This document shows positions 27,906 to 41,865 of a stretch of 64,000 bases of DNA, in pieces. The notes beneath the pieces are model-generated. The model saw only the letters and a list, made by a program, of their open reading frames with translations. It was not told the DNA's origin and ran no database searches. The DNA comes from Squalus acanthias. Its lineage: Eukaryota. Made by a program: the position numbers and the translations under genes. Within the stretch, counting starts at the first letter, position 1; each line of letters begins with the position of its first letter. The stretch spans positions 20,958,001 to 21,022,000 of the forward strand of contig CM059433.1 of NCBI GenBank assembly GCA_030390025.1, in the 5' to 3' direction.

Positions 27906-30900
27906 CAAATGCAAGTTGTTGACGTTGTTGACAAGGGATGTGGCTATAACTGCTTATCCAACTTTAATACTAAAAAGCTCATATATTTATTGCAGGGCAA
28001 TGCTGCTTTGGTGGTACTGATGCCGTGTGACCCAGAATATCATTTCCATACCTCGGTATGCCATGAATGGGAGGAATTTTGAGTTTTCACCTCAGATGCA
28101 CCTGTTTATTCCCATTATTAAGGGGATTAGTTCCTTTCTACCTCCAACTATTATTCCATCATGAGTTCCCAAAACAAGATTCCCTGAAATATTGTTCTCA
28201 GTGGCCCTCTCAGCAACCGGTGACTTTTGAGTTCAGATATGTTTGAAATGCAAATGGACATGTGCGATCACTGCAGTTCTGACGTGGAGATCAAGGACCT
28301 CCACTTTGTGCAACAGTCCAGTTCTGCCCTCTTTGCAAGACAATAGTCTAAATTCGATAATAGTGGTTTCCGCCCAGAAGGCCATTCAATTGGCTGTCCA
28401 TCAAAAGACAGCTTTGCTTCCATGGCTACTTTTTTCAAATATCAATGACACGACAATGAAAATGGCGGTGGCGGGTGCTACGGTAGCGTTCCTCAGGGCT
28501 AAAAGCAGTGGCATAGCTAGGATTGGAAATCGGTGTGCCCTAACCTATTCTGGATGGGCCATGATCGAAGTCTGATGTCACAGCAAATCATTTTGATTAG
28601 ATTGTGCAAATAATTCAAGTCAAGTTTTAAATGCTGTCGCCTCCCATTCACCCCAATGGACACAATGCTGAAACACAGGATGATACATTTAGAAGTTCAT
28701 CCCACATCTGCTCATATTAATCGTTTCTTAATATATCCTCAAAATATCAGTAGAAATCTCAGATTCCCATGTAATAAAAGCAGAATCTGGCTAATGCTCC
28801 TTTTAAATTAAAGACACTTATTAAATGCAAATGCTTGTTGTTGTTTTACATCCGGGGGGAGAAAATCCCTCCATTTTGCCACTGGGAAAAGGGAGCTGGT
28901 TTGGCAGGATCGATGCCGGGAGTGCCAACTCACAGATCTGCCAGAATCCAATCTAAACAGGCACCAGTATAGAAGCGGCTGTATTCAGTCACTGTAAACC
29001 CGGGTCCCTGATCATCGACTATACTTATGCCAATGTTGAGAACAATAGGGTTCCTTCTCCACGGCCTGCTAACTGAGCTGTTATGCTCATTGGCGGTCAG
29101 TTTGGGCAAAATGGTAATTTGGAACATTTTAATACTTGGTATTTCCATTTCTTTTTCTTTTTCTATGCTGTAACAATTCCACGAATAATGACATAATAGA
29201 AATGATGATACTTTAAAGTAAATGCTCTGAACCTCCATCTGGAAAAGCAGCAGCACAAAGTTAAATAATCTACTAGGAAGAACAAGTGACAGGCCTGATA
29301 ATGGATGGAGGTCAAGGGGCAGTTTATTGGTAGTTTACTGTAGTAGTAATTTGTGATGGTTCTTAAATTGCAAGAAAACATGTAAGCTGTCATGCGTATG
29401 AGGGAATGGGCTTTTAGGTAGTAAATGGAATGGAAGCACTTTTAACATTTAATTCAATTTCATCCCGCTTTAACTGATACATTAACATTTCATCAATTGT
29501 ATTTTGCTGTTGGCAGTGGTAGAATTGGTAATGTTGTGCTTCTACCAGTGATAATCTGCCAAATATTTTAATACATAAGTGGGCCAATGCAGTTTGGAAC
29601 CATAGCGTGGTATGAATCACCGCCTTCAGGAGAAATGTCAAGGAAATTGGGGTGGGAATACAATATTTTCTTGTTCATTTAAATAGATACGCATTCACGC
29701 AAAAATTAGATTGATAATCACTTTTTTTTTAAAAAAGCAACATAAAGAATACATCTTTTTGTAAAATAAACTGCAATTCTCGCTAATTGGTGTAGTTAAT
29801 TGTAGGAAGCGGTACTAATTTAGTTGCTATAAACGAGGCTTTGAAAGAGCAGATTTATTGTAAAAATATTTCAGATTTGAGTCCTCCTAAAACACTTCGA
29901 TGTCTCCGGGAGTTATTCTAGTACAGTTCTGAGCATCTCTTAGAGCTCTCCCTTATGTCTCAATTAGAGTGCATTTACACCACGCATTTAGCATTGGTGT
30001 GACATGATTTCAGCTTGGCACCAACGTTAAACTCGCCGTGTAAATCCGGAGTCAGGGCCTGACTCATTTCCAGGTCAAAAACACAGTGAGACTCGCTGGA
30101 GGCAGTGGTCTTGCACCACTTCAGTTCAATACCTCATGTTGTGTATAATGAGTGCAATGTCAAACCTAGTTTACAAAATGCTCAGGAGGTGCGTTGGACC
30201 CCAGATGCCCCTCATGGCTGAATGGCCTGCCAGCAATCACCATTTAAGCTGCTTCGTGAAAAATGGCTCGTTGGAAAGGTATTCGAAGGTTGCCTGGCGT
30301 TGTATCCCAGCATAAGTTAACACCTTCAAGAGAGAAGAAAATTACAGATAAAAATCAAAACCGTGACTGAATTTCTAGACTTGACAACTGAAACAAAGTA
30401 AGTGCATTGCACCATTTATTTCCAATGCAGTGCATGACAACAGCTACATTTGGTTCTGACTGGTGAAAATGCAATTACATTTTTGCTTGGGTCATAACAT
30501 GCAACAAAGATGAATGGCTTGGCAAGCTGCCTTCAAGTTGATTTCATTCTCTTTGTGTAACAACTTGAACAGGTAATGAAGCAATTATTATGCAGAAACT
30601 CTACTGAAAAATGCTCTTCCAACAGAGGAAAAAAAACACGAGGGTTTCTGCATAATAATAGAAGTCTTAATAATAAAACAACTCATATTTACATACCTGT
30701 GCTTCATATCTCCACTTTGCATAATGGAATGAAAGGTAAGGTCGAGTGTATGGATTCGCCATGTATTTAATGCATCAGCGCTCATGAGGTCTATTTATCA
30801 TCAGACACCAGCAAGAACACAAAGCAAGTTACTTCTAAAATAATATTTTACTTTATGATAGAGCCTGCAATGATTATGTCCACAGCTGTGTTGGCTAGTT

Positions 30901-30955
30901 TCTACGGGGTTTAAAGTTTATGGTTTAACGAAAATTCCTACATGCTACACTTCAT

Positions 30956-31637
30956 GGGGGGGGGAAATTGGCTCGCGCTCCCTTTGGGGTGATAACTTCG
31001 CCAGGGCGCTACTTTTAGCGCCCCGAAAAAGTTAGCAACCCCACGCCCGAAATTCAATAGTAGTGCCCCAAGCAGGAGGCGGGGCACTACTGAAGCGCTC
31101 CCCCTCTCTCTTGGGGCGCTCCCATTGAATATCGTGGCGCTACGTGCAGCACACCATGTGTGTCAGCACATAGCGCCACGGTACTACAGGCCTCCCTCCC
31201 CTGATTAAAGGGGAGGGGCCTTGCTGGACCACCGGGGAGCGGGGTGCCGGCAAAAGAGCCTGGCACTCAAGAAGAGTACTGGGCTGACCGATCGCGGCCG
31301 GCACCCCGCAGCAGGAGGCCAGAGGGGGCAGGTGCTGGCAGGCGGCCCAAAAAAAATGGCTGCCCGGCACCTTACCTTTAATTATCATCGCCCCGGCCGC
31401 AAAAACGCCACCCTGACCCTGTCGGACATAGTGTCCGGTGGTAGGTCAGGGGGCGCAAGCCAAGTTTGCGGCCGGGGCGCGAGCGGGGCGTTGCGCACTG
31501 CAATGACATCATCGCCAAAGGCGCGGGCGCTACCAGCTGCAGCTGCCGCTAACCACCGGCTGAATTTCATGGGCGCCAAGCCCGGGCGCTAGTTGCTTTG
31601 CGTCCCGGGAGGCGCAAATCATCCGAATTTTTCCCCC
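30956..31637. mobile_element. GC/CpG-rich MITE, probable PIF/Harbinger type
   Basis: TIRs GGGGGGGAAATTGG / CCGAATTTTTCCCCC, with CAT on both flanks. Confidence 0.7.
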
Positions 31638-32589
31638 CATGTTTTTTGCCATCAAGCTGCAGAACGGATGTGCATGTGTGACTCGAGCAGAAGTCCATCT
31701 TTCTTCAAACCATTAATATTTATTAATTATATATTTTTCTTTCTTTTAATCTAAGACTAAGGCTTTTAAATTTAAACTGGGTTTCTGTTGGCAGCGTCCT
31801 GAACAGATTTCTGGTGTTTTTTTTATGTGGGGAGGTGAGAGAAGGTACTATCTAGAGAACAGGAGATGATAAAACCCCTGGTCCGGATGGATTGCATCCG
31901 CACATATTGAAAGAAGTTAGGGAAGAGATAGCAAAGGCACTATTACATATATATAAAAAATCATTAGAAAAGGGAATAGTGCCAGAGGACTAGTGGAAAG
32001 GTAATGTTATTCCTATATTTAAAACAGGAGATAGAACAAGTCCAGGGAACTCTAGGCTAATTAGCTTAACGTTGGTGGTAAGAAAGATAATGGAATCCTT
32101 ACTCAAAGATGTAATAGAAAAACAGCTGGAAACAGAAAATATAATGAACAGCAGTCAGCACAGATTTCAAAAGGGAAGGTCATGCTTGACCAACCTTATT
32201 TAATTCTTTGAAGAAGTAACAGAAAGAGTAGATAAGGGTAATGTAGTAGATGTAATATATTTGGATTTTCAAAAGGCCTTCGATAAGGTACCGCATAGTA
32301 GACTCATGACAAAGGTCAGAGTATGTGGAACTAGGGGACGGGTAGCAGAATGGATAGCAAGCTGGCTACAAAACAGAAAACAGTGTGTAGTGGTTAAGGG
32401 CAGCTACTCAGGCTAGCAATAGGTGGAAAGTAGTGTTCCACAAGGATCGGTGCTGGGACCACTGTTCGCCATTTAGATAAATGATTTGGACTCGGGAATC
32501 AGAAGTACAATTTCTAAATTTGCGGACAACACCAAATTGAGGGTATAGTTAATACAAAGGAAGAATGCGACAAAATACAAGAAGACATT

Positions 32590-33299
32590 AGCCCTGATTT
32601 AGCGGTCAACAGTGAATGAACAGTGCCAGCTTTTCATTACACTCACCAACAGATCTTCTGTGGGCTTTTGCACTGGAAATTGCAGTGATTGGAAAGCCAT
32701 TTCAACACAGCGCCCTCTACAGGGGATATGGGACCTTTGTGTCTCCTTCACCAATCAGATTGAAGAATTCTTCATGAGCAGTGCAGAGTTTGAACCAGGA
32801 AGTGTAAATTAGAATATTTAATTCAATGCCAAATCATATACAGAAAGCAAAATAAAGAGAGGGAAAGAAAGGTGAGATTAAGAGAAGAGATAAAAGAGAC
32901 AGAGAAAAAAAAATGTTTTAAAACTCTCCAACAATAATTAAAATCTGAAGGAATGAAACTCCACATTTCTGTTGTTTGGCAGTAATTAAGTCTTATCACG
33001 CCATTAAAAATCCACTTACACTAGAATGGACAAGCCGCAAGTTTTTCTGATGAGTTTAGTAGGTATCTAATGGGTAAGTACAGCAACTTCACGCTATTCC
33101 ATGTGTTTCAATGTTGAGTCTCTCAGTGAGATACCGGTGTAGCGAAGCTTCTGAAGGAGCAGGGCAACTGGGACCGCAACTTCCTGATTTCCACGTTTAA
33201 CTGCACATGTGGGGTCACCGGAAGCTGCTGTCCGATTTACTCTTTAATAACAGTGAGCACTGGTAGCTTCACCATTATTTTTACCACAAAATCCGGGCC
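32590..33299. mobile_element. MITE family M2 inserted in CR1
   Basis: Interrupts the CR1 sequence GAAGACATT|AATAAAC, with TSD ATT/AGT. Termini are AGCCCTGATTTAG / CAAAATCCGGGCC. Homologous to 43530-44230. Confidence 0.75.
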
Positions 33300-33801
33300 A
33301 GTAATAAACTTGCAGAATGGGCAAATTAATCCTGGCAAATTAATTTCAATCTAGATAAGTGTGAGGGGCTGCATTTTGGTAGGAAGAATAAGGAGGCCAC
33401 ATTCTGCTTGGATAATAAAAGACTAAATGGGGATTTAGGGGTACAGGTACACAAATCACTAAAAGTAGCAATGCAGGTTAATAAGGGAACAAAACAAGCA
33501 AACCAAGCACTGGGTTTATTTCTAGAGGGATAGAATTGAAAAGCAGGGAAGTCATCTTAAGCTTGTATAGAACCTTGGTTAGACCACACTTGGAGTATTG
33601 TGCATGGTTATGGTCTCCATATAATAAAAAGGATATAGAGGCATTGTAGAAGGTGCAAAAAATATTTACAAGGATGATACCAGAACTGAGAGGTTATACT
33701 TATCAGGAAAGACTGAACAGCCTGGGGCTCTTTTCTCTAGAAAAGAGAATGCTGAGGGTGAGCAAATAGAGGTCTTTAAGATAATGAAAGGGTTTTATAG
33801 G

Positions 33802-33910
33802 TTTTATATCTCTCACTGCTAACTTACCTGAGGAAGGAGCGACAGCTCCGAAAGCTTGTAAAATTAAATAAATCTGTTGGACTATAACCTGGTGTTGTGC
33901 GACTTCTCAT
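33802..33910 (+). mobile_element. Penelope-like family A short copy with hammerhead motif (33824-33861)
   Basis: TSD TTTTATAGG. The motif is TTAC-CTGAGGA-A-GGAGC(GACA)GCTCC-GAAAGCTT-GTAA. Confidence 0.8.
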
Positions 33911-35029
33911 TTTTATAGGGTAGACATGGAGAAAATGTTTCCACTTCTGGGGGAGACCAAAACTAGAGGCCATGAATATAAGATGGTCACTAATAAATCC
34001 AATAGGGAATTCAAGAGAAACTTCTTTACCCAAAGAGTGGTAGAATGTGGAACTTGCTACCACAAGGAATAGTTGAGGCAAACTGTATAGATGCATTTAA
34101 GGGGAAGCTAGATAAACACATGAGGGAGGAAGGAATAGAAGGATATGCTGATAGGGTTTGATCAAGAGAAGTGAGAGTAAGCTTGTGTGAAGCATAAACG
34201 TCGACATAGACCAGTGGGCCGAATTGCCTATTTTTGTGCTGTAGACTCGGATGTAACTCGATGCAGCTCGCTGTCAATGTCACTTCGTGTGAACAGGATG
34301 TGCGCAGGTCACGGTTTTTTGGTTAATACCTCAGTGTTTTTAAAGTAATAACATATGCAGCTTTGCTGCTGTAAGCTATCAGAAACTTGTTGCCTGTGTT
34401 TGTCACAACTATTATAAGGGATGAAAATTCCAAAAGGCTGAACTGATAAATAGTTCTCCAAACAGCGATGGAGCTGCTATTTGCATTCCACCCACATAGA
34501 AATAGAATTAATTAATATTACAATTACTAGCTTGTTAAGAAAGGACTGTGGGCTTCTTCAAAGGAACAGTCCACGTGTGAAGGATAAAGCTGGCTGTCCC
34601 TTTTCTTCAATTCCATTTGAACAGTTTCTAAAGGTAATGTCTGAGCTCCTTGCAGACGACAAGAACATTTGCCTCATCCATGTATGTCGACCATTGGACG
34701 GTGCAAGGATTATGCTCTGAAGAAGATATTGTAAACTCGTATGGACTGGTTCAATCTTTGTTCATACTGTCAGTATCTTGCTGTACTTTTTTGTTCTTCT
34801 ATAATCCTAATCCTATTTTTTGTAAATTAATTCAGCTTAGCGTTTTAGCCTGAATGATATGTCTATTGGTTAAAAGGGCATAATTGTTAATCCTGTGGCA
34901 CTTTGCTTCCATTCATGGCACATAAATGGTTGTAAATCTTATGATAAGAAACACGTGACTGCTCATGTAAACTGCAATGCACTATTAACATGAATGAAGA
35001 GAATTGGTAGAGGGTCCAAACCACTACAA

Positions 35030-35430
35030 CAAGCACTGGGCAGGGTGCAATGATGAGCAATAGGAATTATCACAAATGTTAAGGATATGAGCTGTGAGGT
35101 AAAGATTAGAGAAGCCTAAATTCTATAGTCCCGATTGTTAAGTGGGGGTGGGGCAGAGGATGTATATTAAATGATATGGATAAAGTAAACCAAGATTATT
35201 ACTTTAGAGGTCATCAATTTAAATATAAAATGTAAATTTTAATTGTCAAGTAGAAATAATTGTTTCATTCAAAGGGTGATATGTGTTTGGAATCATTTGC
35301 CAAGTAGGGAGTAGAGATAAAAGCATTCGGAGAGCTCAGAAGGTAATTGAAATCTCAGCTGGGACGGTTCCGAGTATTAGAAGATGAGCTTCAATGGGCA
35401 CAATGGCCTTGTCTTATCCTTTCAAATCCC
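35030..35430 (+). mobile_element. Highly decayed CR1 3' end
   Basis: TATGAG..AGATTAGAGAAGC, TTCATTCAAAGGGTGAT..TGGAATCATTTGCC and GGGCACAATGGCCT. Confidence 0.5.
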
Positions 35431-35899
35431 TTTGTTATATATTAAAATTAAAATTTGGTCTACACATAAACTACCTGAAGTTGAATATTGTACCTAATGA
35501 ATTTGTACCTGATGACTTTCACTAACTATTAATATAATGTATGTTGTTATTGACTTTTAGTAGTTTACAGCAGATTTTCTAGTTTCAATTACAATATATC
35601 ATGCTATTCATCTTGTCATCCTGATTCCTCCGCTTACTGACAGTGAAATAAAAAGTGTGTGGTTAGAATATTCATCCATGAAGAAGCAGAGGCACTACCA
35701 ACCTCTCAGTAATGGACAGCTTTCATGACTAAACTCACCCAACAAATTAAAAACAAATTGCAAAAGACACTACCTTTTGTGGCCATATATGACTTGGGTT
35801 TCTGAATCTGTGTTATGGAATCGGCAGTGTACCAGGTGGCTGTTTTGTAAGAGTAGGACTAACTGTCCATACCAGAAGCAGTTTATACCCCTTAGGGCA

Positions 35900-37903
35900 A
35901 GAGCTCTACTTGCCAAAAAAAAAAGCCATGGACGATGAAAGAGGTAAGGGACAACATAATACTAAAAGAAAAAGCGTACAAAAATCCAAAAAATCGTACA
36001 GATCCTGGTGACTGGGGAGAGATGCAAAAAACAACAAAAGTTGACCAAACAAATAGTAACAGCTATAAAAAGGGAATAAGTAAAGAAACTTGCAAGGGTT
36101 ATCAAAATCATCACCAATTTTTTTTTACAAATTTATTAGGAAAGACAGGGTAGAGTCAGAGGTAATGTGGGCCCCTTGAAAACGGATAACGGTGATATTG
36201 TAAATGAAAATAAGGAAATGGCAAACCTGTTGAATAATTACTTTGTGTCAGTATTTACAGTAGAGGAAGAGGATAGCATGCCGGACAATCCAAGGAAACT
36301 AACATTGAATCAGGGACGGGGACTCAACAAAATTAACGTAAGCAAAATAACAGTAATAAAGAAAGTAATGGCACTAAAGAGTGACAAATCCCCAGGACCA
36401 GAAGGTATCCAGCCCAGGATTTTAAAGGAAGTAGATGAGAACATTGCAGATGCTCCAACTATAATCTTCCAAAGTTCTCTCGATTCAGGTGCAGTTCTTT
36501 TAGATTGAAAAATTGAGCATGTCACTCTGCTATTTAAGAAAGGTGAGAGAGGGAAACCATGGAATTATAGACCAGTTAGTCTAACATCTGTTGTCAGTCA
36601 ATTACTAGACTCTATAATTAAGGATAGAGTGACTGAATACCTTGAAAATTTTCAGCTGATCAGAGAGAGCATGGATTTGTAATGGGTAGGTCATGCCTGA
36701 TTGAATTTTTTGAAGAGGTGACTCAAATGTTATTTATATGGACTTCCAGAAGACATTTGATAAAGTCCCTCATAAGAGACTGTTAGCTAAAGTTGAAACT
36801 CATGGAATTGAAGGCCAATTATTGACCTGGTTAGGAAATTGGCTGAGTGGCAGGAGATAGAGAGCAGAGCTAATGGGCAGGTCCTCTAATTGGCAGGATG
36901 TAGGATGTGATGAGTGGTGTCTTACAGGGATCTGTGTTGGGGCCTCAACTATTCACTGTATTTTTTAACGACTTAAATGATGGGATAGAGAGCCATATGT
37001 CCAAGTTTACCAATGATGCAAAGATAGGCGGCATCGTAACCAGTGTAGATGAAAGCATAAAATTACAAAGAGATATTAATAAATGGGCAAAACTGTGGCA
37101 AATGGATTTCAATATAGGCAAGTGTGAGGTCATCCACTTTGGATCTAAAAAGGACCGATCAAAGTTCTTTCTAAATGGTGAAAAGCTAGAAACAGTGGAG
37201 GTCCAAAGAGACTTGGGAGTCCATGTACATAGATCATTAAAATGTCATGGACAGGTACAGAAAATAATCAAAAAGGCTAATAGAATGCTGGCCTTTATAT
37301 ATAGAGGACTAGAATACAAGGGGGTAGAAGTTATGCTGCAGCTATACAAAACCCTGGTTAGACCACACCTGGAGCACTATGAGTAGTTCTGGGCACCACA
37401 CATTAGGAAGGATATATTGGCCGTGGAGGGAGTGCAACGTAGGTTTACTAGAATGATACCCGGACTTCAAGAGTTAAGTTACGAGGAGAGATTACACAAA
37501 TTAGGGTTGCATTCCCTAGAATTTAGAAGGTTAAGGAGTGATTTGATCGAATTTTTTATGATATTAAGGGGAACTGATAGGGTAGATAGAGAGAAACAAT
37601 TTCTGCTGGTTGGGGAGTCTAGGACTAGGGGGAGATAACCTAAATGTTAGAGCCAGACCTTCCAGGAGTGAAATTAGGAAACACTTCTACGCAAAAAGGG
37701 CGGTAGATGTTTGGAGCTCTCTTCCTCAAACAGCAGTTGATGCTAGATCAATTGTTGATTTTAAATCTGAGATTGTTAGATTTTTGTTAACCAAAGCTAT
37801 TAAGGGATATGGGGCAAAGACGGGTATGTGGAGTTAGACCACAGATCAGCCATTGAATGACGGTTCAGGCTCGAGGGACTAAATGGCCTACTCCTGTTCC
37901 TAT
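35900..37903 (+). mobile_element. 5'-truncated degenerate CR1
   Basis: KSPGPEGIQPRILKE, GVLQGSVLGPQLF and KFTNDAKIGG. The tail is GGCCTACTCCTGTTCCTAT. Confidence 0.92.
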
Positions 37904-38019
37904 AGAGTCATAGAGTTATACAGCACAGAAAGAGGCCCTTCGGCCCATCGTGTCTGCACTGGCCATCAAGCCCTATCTATTCTAATCCCATTTTCCAGCA
38001 CTTGGTCCATAGCCTTGTA

Positions 38020-40900
38020 TGCTATGGCATTTCAAGTGCTCATCTAAATGCTTCTTGAATGTTGTGAGGGTTCCTGCCTCTACCATCTTTCAGGCAGTGA
38101 GTTCCAGATTCCAACCACCCTCTGGGTGAAAAAGTTTTTCCTCAAATCCCCTCTAAACCTCCTGCCCCTTACCTTGAAACTATGCCCCCTGGTTATTGAC
38201 CCCTCTACTAAGGGGAAAAGTTCCTTTCTATCTACCCTATCTATGCCCCTCATAATTTTGCACACCTCAATCAGGTCCCCCCTCAGCCTTCTCTGCTCTA
38301 AGGAAAACAACCCCAGCCTGTCCAGTCTCTCTTCATAGCTGAAACGCTCCAGTCCAGGTAACATCCTGGTGAATCTCCTCTGCACCCTCTCTAATGCAAT
38401 CACATCCTTCCTATAGTGTGGCGACCAGAACTGCACACAGTATTCCAGCTGTGGCCTAACTAGCGTTTTGTACAGCTCCATCATAACCTCCCTGCTCTTA
38501 TGTTCTATACCTCGGCTAATGAAGGCAAGTATCCCATATGCCTTCTTAACCACCTTATCTACCTGTCCTGCTGCCTTCAGGGATCTATGTACATGCACAC
38601 CAAGGTCCCTCTGATCCTCTGTCCTTTCCTAGGGTCCTACCATTCATTGTGTATTCCCTTGCCTTGTTAGTCCTCCCAAAATGCATCACCTCACACTTTT
38701 CAGGGTTAAATTCCATTTGCCACTGTTCTGCCCATCTGACCAACCCGTCTATATCGTCCTGTAGCCTGAGGCTTCCCTCCTCGCTATTTACCACTCCACC
38801 AATTTTCGTGTCATCTGCGAACTTACTGATCATAATTCCTACATTCATATCTAAATCATTAATGTACACTACAAACAGCAAGGGACCCAGCACCGATCCC
38901 TGCGGTACACCACTGGACACAGGCTTCCAGTCACAAAAACAACCTTCGACCATCACCCTCTGCCTCCTGCCACTAAGCCAATTTTGGATCCAATGTGTCA
39001 AATTGCCCTGGATCCCATGGGCTCTTACCTTCTTGACCAGTCTTCCATGCGGGACTTTGTCAAAAGCCTTACTGAAGTCCATGCAGACTACATCAACTGC
39101 ACTGCCCTCATCCACACACCTAGTCACCCCCTCGAAAAATTCAATCAAATTGGTTAGACATGATCTCCCCCTGACAAAGCCATGCTGACTATCCTTGATT
39201 AATCCTTGCCTCTCCAAGTGGAGACTAATTCTGTCCCTCAGAATTTTTTCCAATAATTACCCTACCACTGATGTTAGGCTCACTGGCCTGTAATTCCCTG
39301 GTTTATCCCTACTACGATTCTTGAATAATGGTACTATGTTAGCTGTCCTCCAGTCCTCTGGCACCTCCCCTGTGGCCAGAGAGGTTCTGAAAATTTGTGT
39401 CAGAGCCCTTGCAATCTCCTCCCTTGCCTCACACAGCAGCCTGGGATACATCTCGTCTGGGCCTGGGGATTTATCCACTTTTAAGCCTGCTAAAACCGCT
39501 AGTACCTCCTCCCTCTCAATGCTAATTTGTTCAAGTATATCACAATCCCCCTGCCTGATTTCTATGCCTACATCGTCCTTCTCCATAGTGAACACAGATG
39601 CAAAATATTCATTTAAAACCTCACCTACATCTTTCGGCTCTACACACAGATTGCCACTTTGGTCCCGAATGGGCCCTACTCTTTCCCTGGTTATCCTCTT
39701 GCCCTAAATATACTTGTAAAACACCTTGGGATTTTCCTTTATTTTGCCCGCTAGTGTTTTTTCATGCCCCCTTTTTGCTCTCCTAATTTCTTTTTTAAGT
39801 ACCCCCCTGCACCTTCTATACTCCTCTAGGGCTTCCACTGTTTTTAGTCCTTTGTATCTGCCAAAAGCCTCCCTTTTTTTCCTAAACCATTCTTGTATAT
39901 CCCTTGACATCCAGGGTTCCCTGGATTTGTTGGTCCCACCCTTGACCTTTACGGGAGCATGTTGGTGCTGTACTCTCTCTATTTCCTTTCTGAATGACTC
40001 CCACTGCTCTGATGTGGATTTTCCTACAAGTAGCTGATCCCAGTCCACTTTGGCCAGATCCTGCCTTATCATATTAAAATCGGCCTTCCCCCAATTTAGA
40101 ACCTTTATTTCCGGTCCATTTTTGTCCTTTTCCATGACTACCTTAAATCTCACCGAATTATGGTCACTGTCACCAAAATGCTCTCCTACTGACACTTCTA
40201 CCACTTGCCCGGCTACATTCCCTAGAATTAGGTCCAGTACCGCCCCCTCTCTTGTAGGACTTTCTACATGCTGGCTCAAAAAGCTCTCCTGGATGCACTT
40301 TAAGAATTCCACACCCTCTAAGCCTTTCACACTCTGACTATCCCAGTTAATATTGGGGAAGTTGAAATCCCCTACTATTATTACCCTATTATTTCTACAC
40401 TTCTCTGAGATTTGCCCACATATCTGTTCCTCTATCTCCCGCTGACTGTTTGGGGGCTTATAGTGCACTCCCAGCAAAGTGCTTGCCCCCTTTTTGTTTT
40501 TAAGTTCTACCCATATGGCCTCATTAGAGGAACCTGCTAAGATATCATCCCTCCTTACAGCAGTAATTGACTCCTTGATTAATATTGCGACACCCCCCTC
40601 CTCTTTTACACCCCCCTCTGTCTCACCTGAAGATTCTATACCCCGGAATATTGAGCTGCCAGTCCTGCCCCTCCCTCAACCATGTCGCTGTGACAGCAAC
40701 AATATCATACTCCCATGTGTTCATCAACACCTTCAATTCATCTGCCTTACTCGCAAGACTCCTTGCATTAAAATAAATGCCATCCAGCCTTGCCATACTC
40801 CCTTGTGCCGTTACATATTTGCTCTGCCTTCCAGGCTGACTTGTTTTTCCTCTATATTTGGCTGTGCATCACCCCCTACTATAGCTCCACTCCGTATCCC
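38020..40900 (-). pseudogene. CR1 ORF2 (AP endonuclease + reverse transcriptase), disrupted
   Basis: [54 protein letters not shown] and KFADDTKIGG, split over several ORFs. Confidence 0.92.
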
Positions 40901-40914
40901 ATCCCCCTGCCAAG

Positions 40915-41865
40915 TTAGTTTAACCACCCCCCAACAGTACTAGCAAACCTCCCCGCAAGGATGTTGGTCCCGTTCCGGTTCAGGTGCAACCCGTCCGACT
41001 TGTGCAGGTCCCACCTTCCCCAGAAGCAGACCCAGTGATCCAGGAAACTAAAGCCCTCCCTCCTGCACCAACTCTTTAGCCACGCATTCATCTGCTCTAT
41101 CCTCCTATTCCTATACTCACTAGCACGTGGCACCGGGAGTAATCCAGAGATTACAACCTTTGAGGTCCTGCTTTTTAATCTGCTACCTAGCTCCCTAAAT
41201 TCTTGTTGCAGGACCTCATCCCTCTTTCTACCTATGTCGTTGGTACCAATGTGAACCACGACCTCTGACTGTTCGCCCTCCCCCTTCAGAATGCCCTGCA
41301 GCCGTTCAGTGACATCCTTGACCCTGGCACCAGGGAGGCAACGTACCATCCTGGAGTCACATCTGCAGCCGCAAAAACGCCTGTCTGCACCCCTCACTAT
41401 TGAGTCTCCTACCACTATTGCCCTTCCACTCTTACTCCTCCCCCCTTGTGCAGCTGAGCCACCCACAGTGCCGTGAACTTGGCTCTGGCTGCACTCCCCA
41501 GAGGAACCGTCACTTTCACCATTTTCTAACACAGAAAAACGGTGGTTGAGTGAGATGCACTCTGGGGCTTTCCTGACTACCTGCCTGCCCCCCTTCTTCT
41601 GACTGGTGGTCACCCATTCCCTCTCTGACTGCACTTTCTTAAGCTAAGGGGTGACCACATCTAAAAACATGCTATCCATGTAACTCTCAGCCTCGCGGAT
41701 ACACCGCAGTGCCTCCAGCTGATGCTCGAGCTCCGAAAACCGGATCTCAAGTTGGCCAAACCGTTGGCACTTACTGCACATGTGGTCATCCTGACTGCAA
41801 GAAGCGTCTGGAAATTCCCACATGCTGCAGGCCGTGCAACGCACGGGACTGAGGTCCCCTGCCAT
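40915..41865 (-). pseudogene. CR1 ORF1: CxxC..CxxC Zn finger, coiled coil and SGNH esterase
   Basis: ORFs 41644-41865 and 40915-41634 are in the same frame, separated by one TAG. Motifs are CTAC..CSKC, VVGDSIVR, HIGTND and DGLHLN. Confidence 0.9.

Larger units (their letters stand above)
21120..27930 (+). mobile_element. L2 LINE remnant split by three nested LINE insertions
   Basis: The pieces 21120-21371 (FHMYADVTQLYL), 22313-23136 (LADLHWLPV), 25842-25891 and 27906-27930 join into one continuous L2 ending in its tail. Confidence 0.85.
31910..34265 (+). mobile_element. Degenerate CR1 with nested MITE and Penelope-like insertion
   Basis: TCATGCTTGACCAACCTT, TTGGATTTTCAAAAGGCCTTCGATAAGGT and AGACCACACTTGGAGTATTGTG, plus a 3' GGGCCGAATTGCC. 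Confidence 0.88.

Noticed and set aside
30956..31637. CpG island as a host gene promoter
   Set aside because: It is bounded exactly by TIRs and a 3-bp duplication, so a MITE explains it.
38048..40943. Plus-strand ORFs of 95-179 aa
   Set aside because: Antisense shadows of CR1 ORF2.
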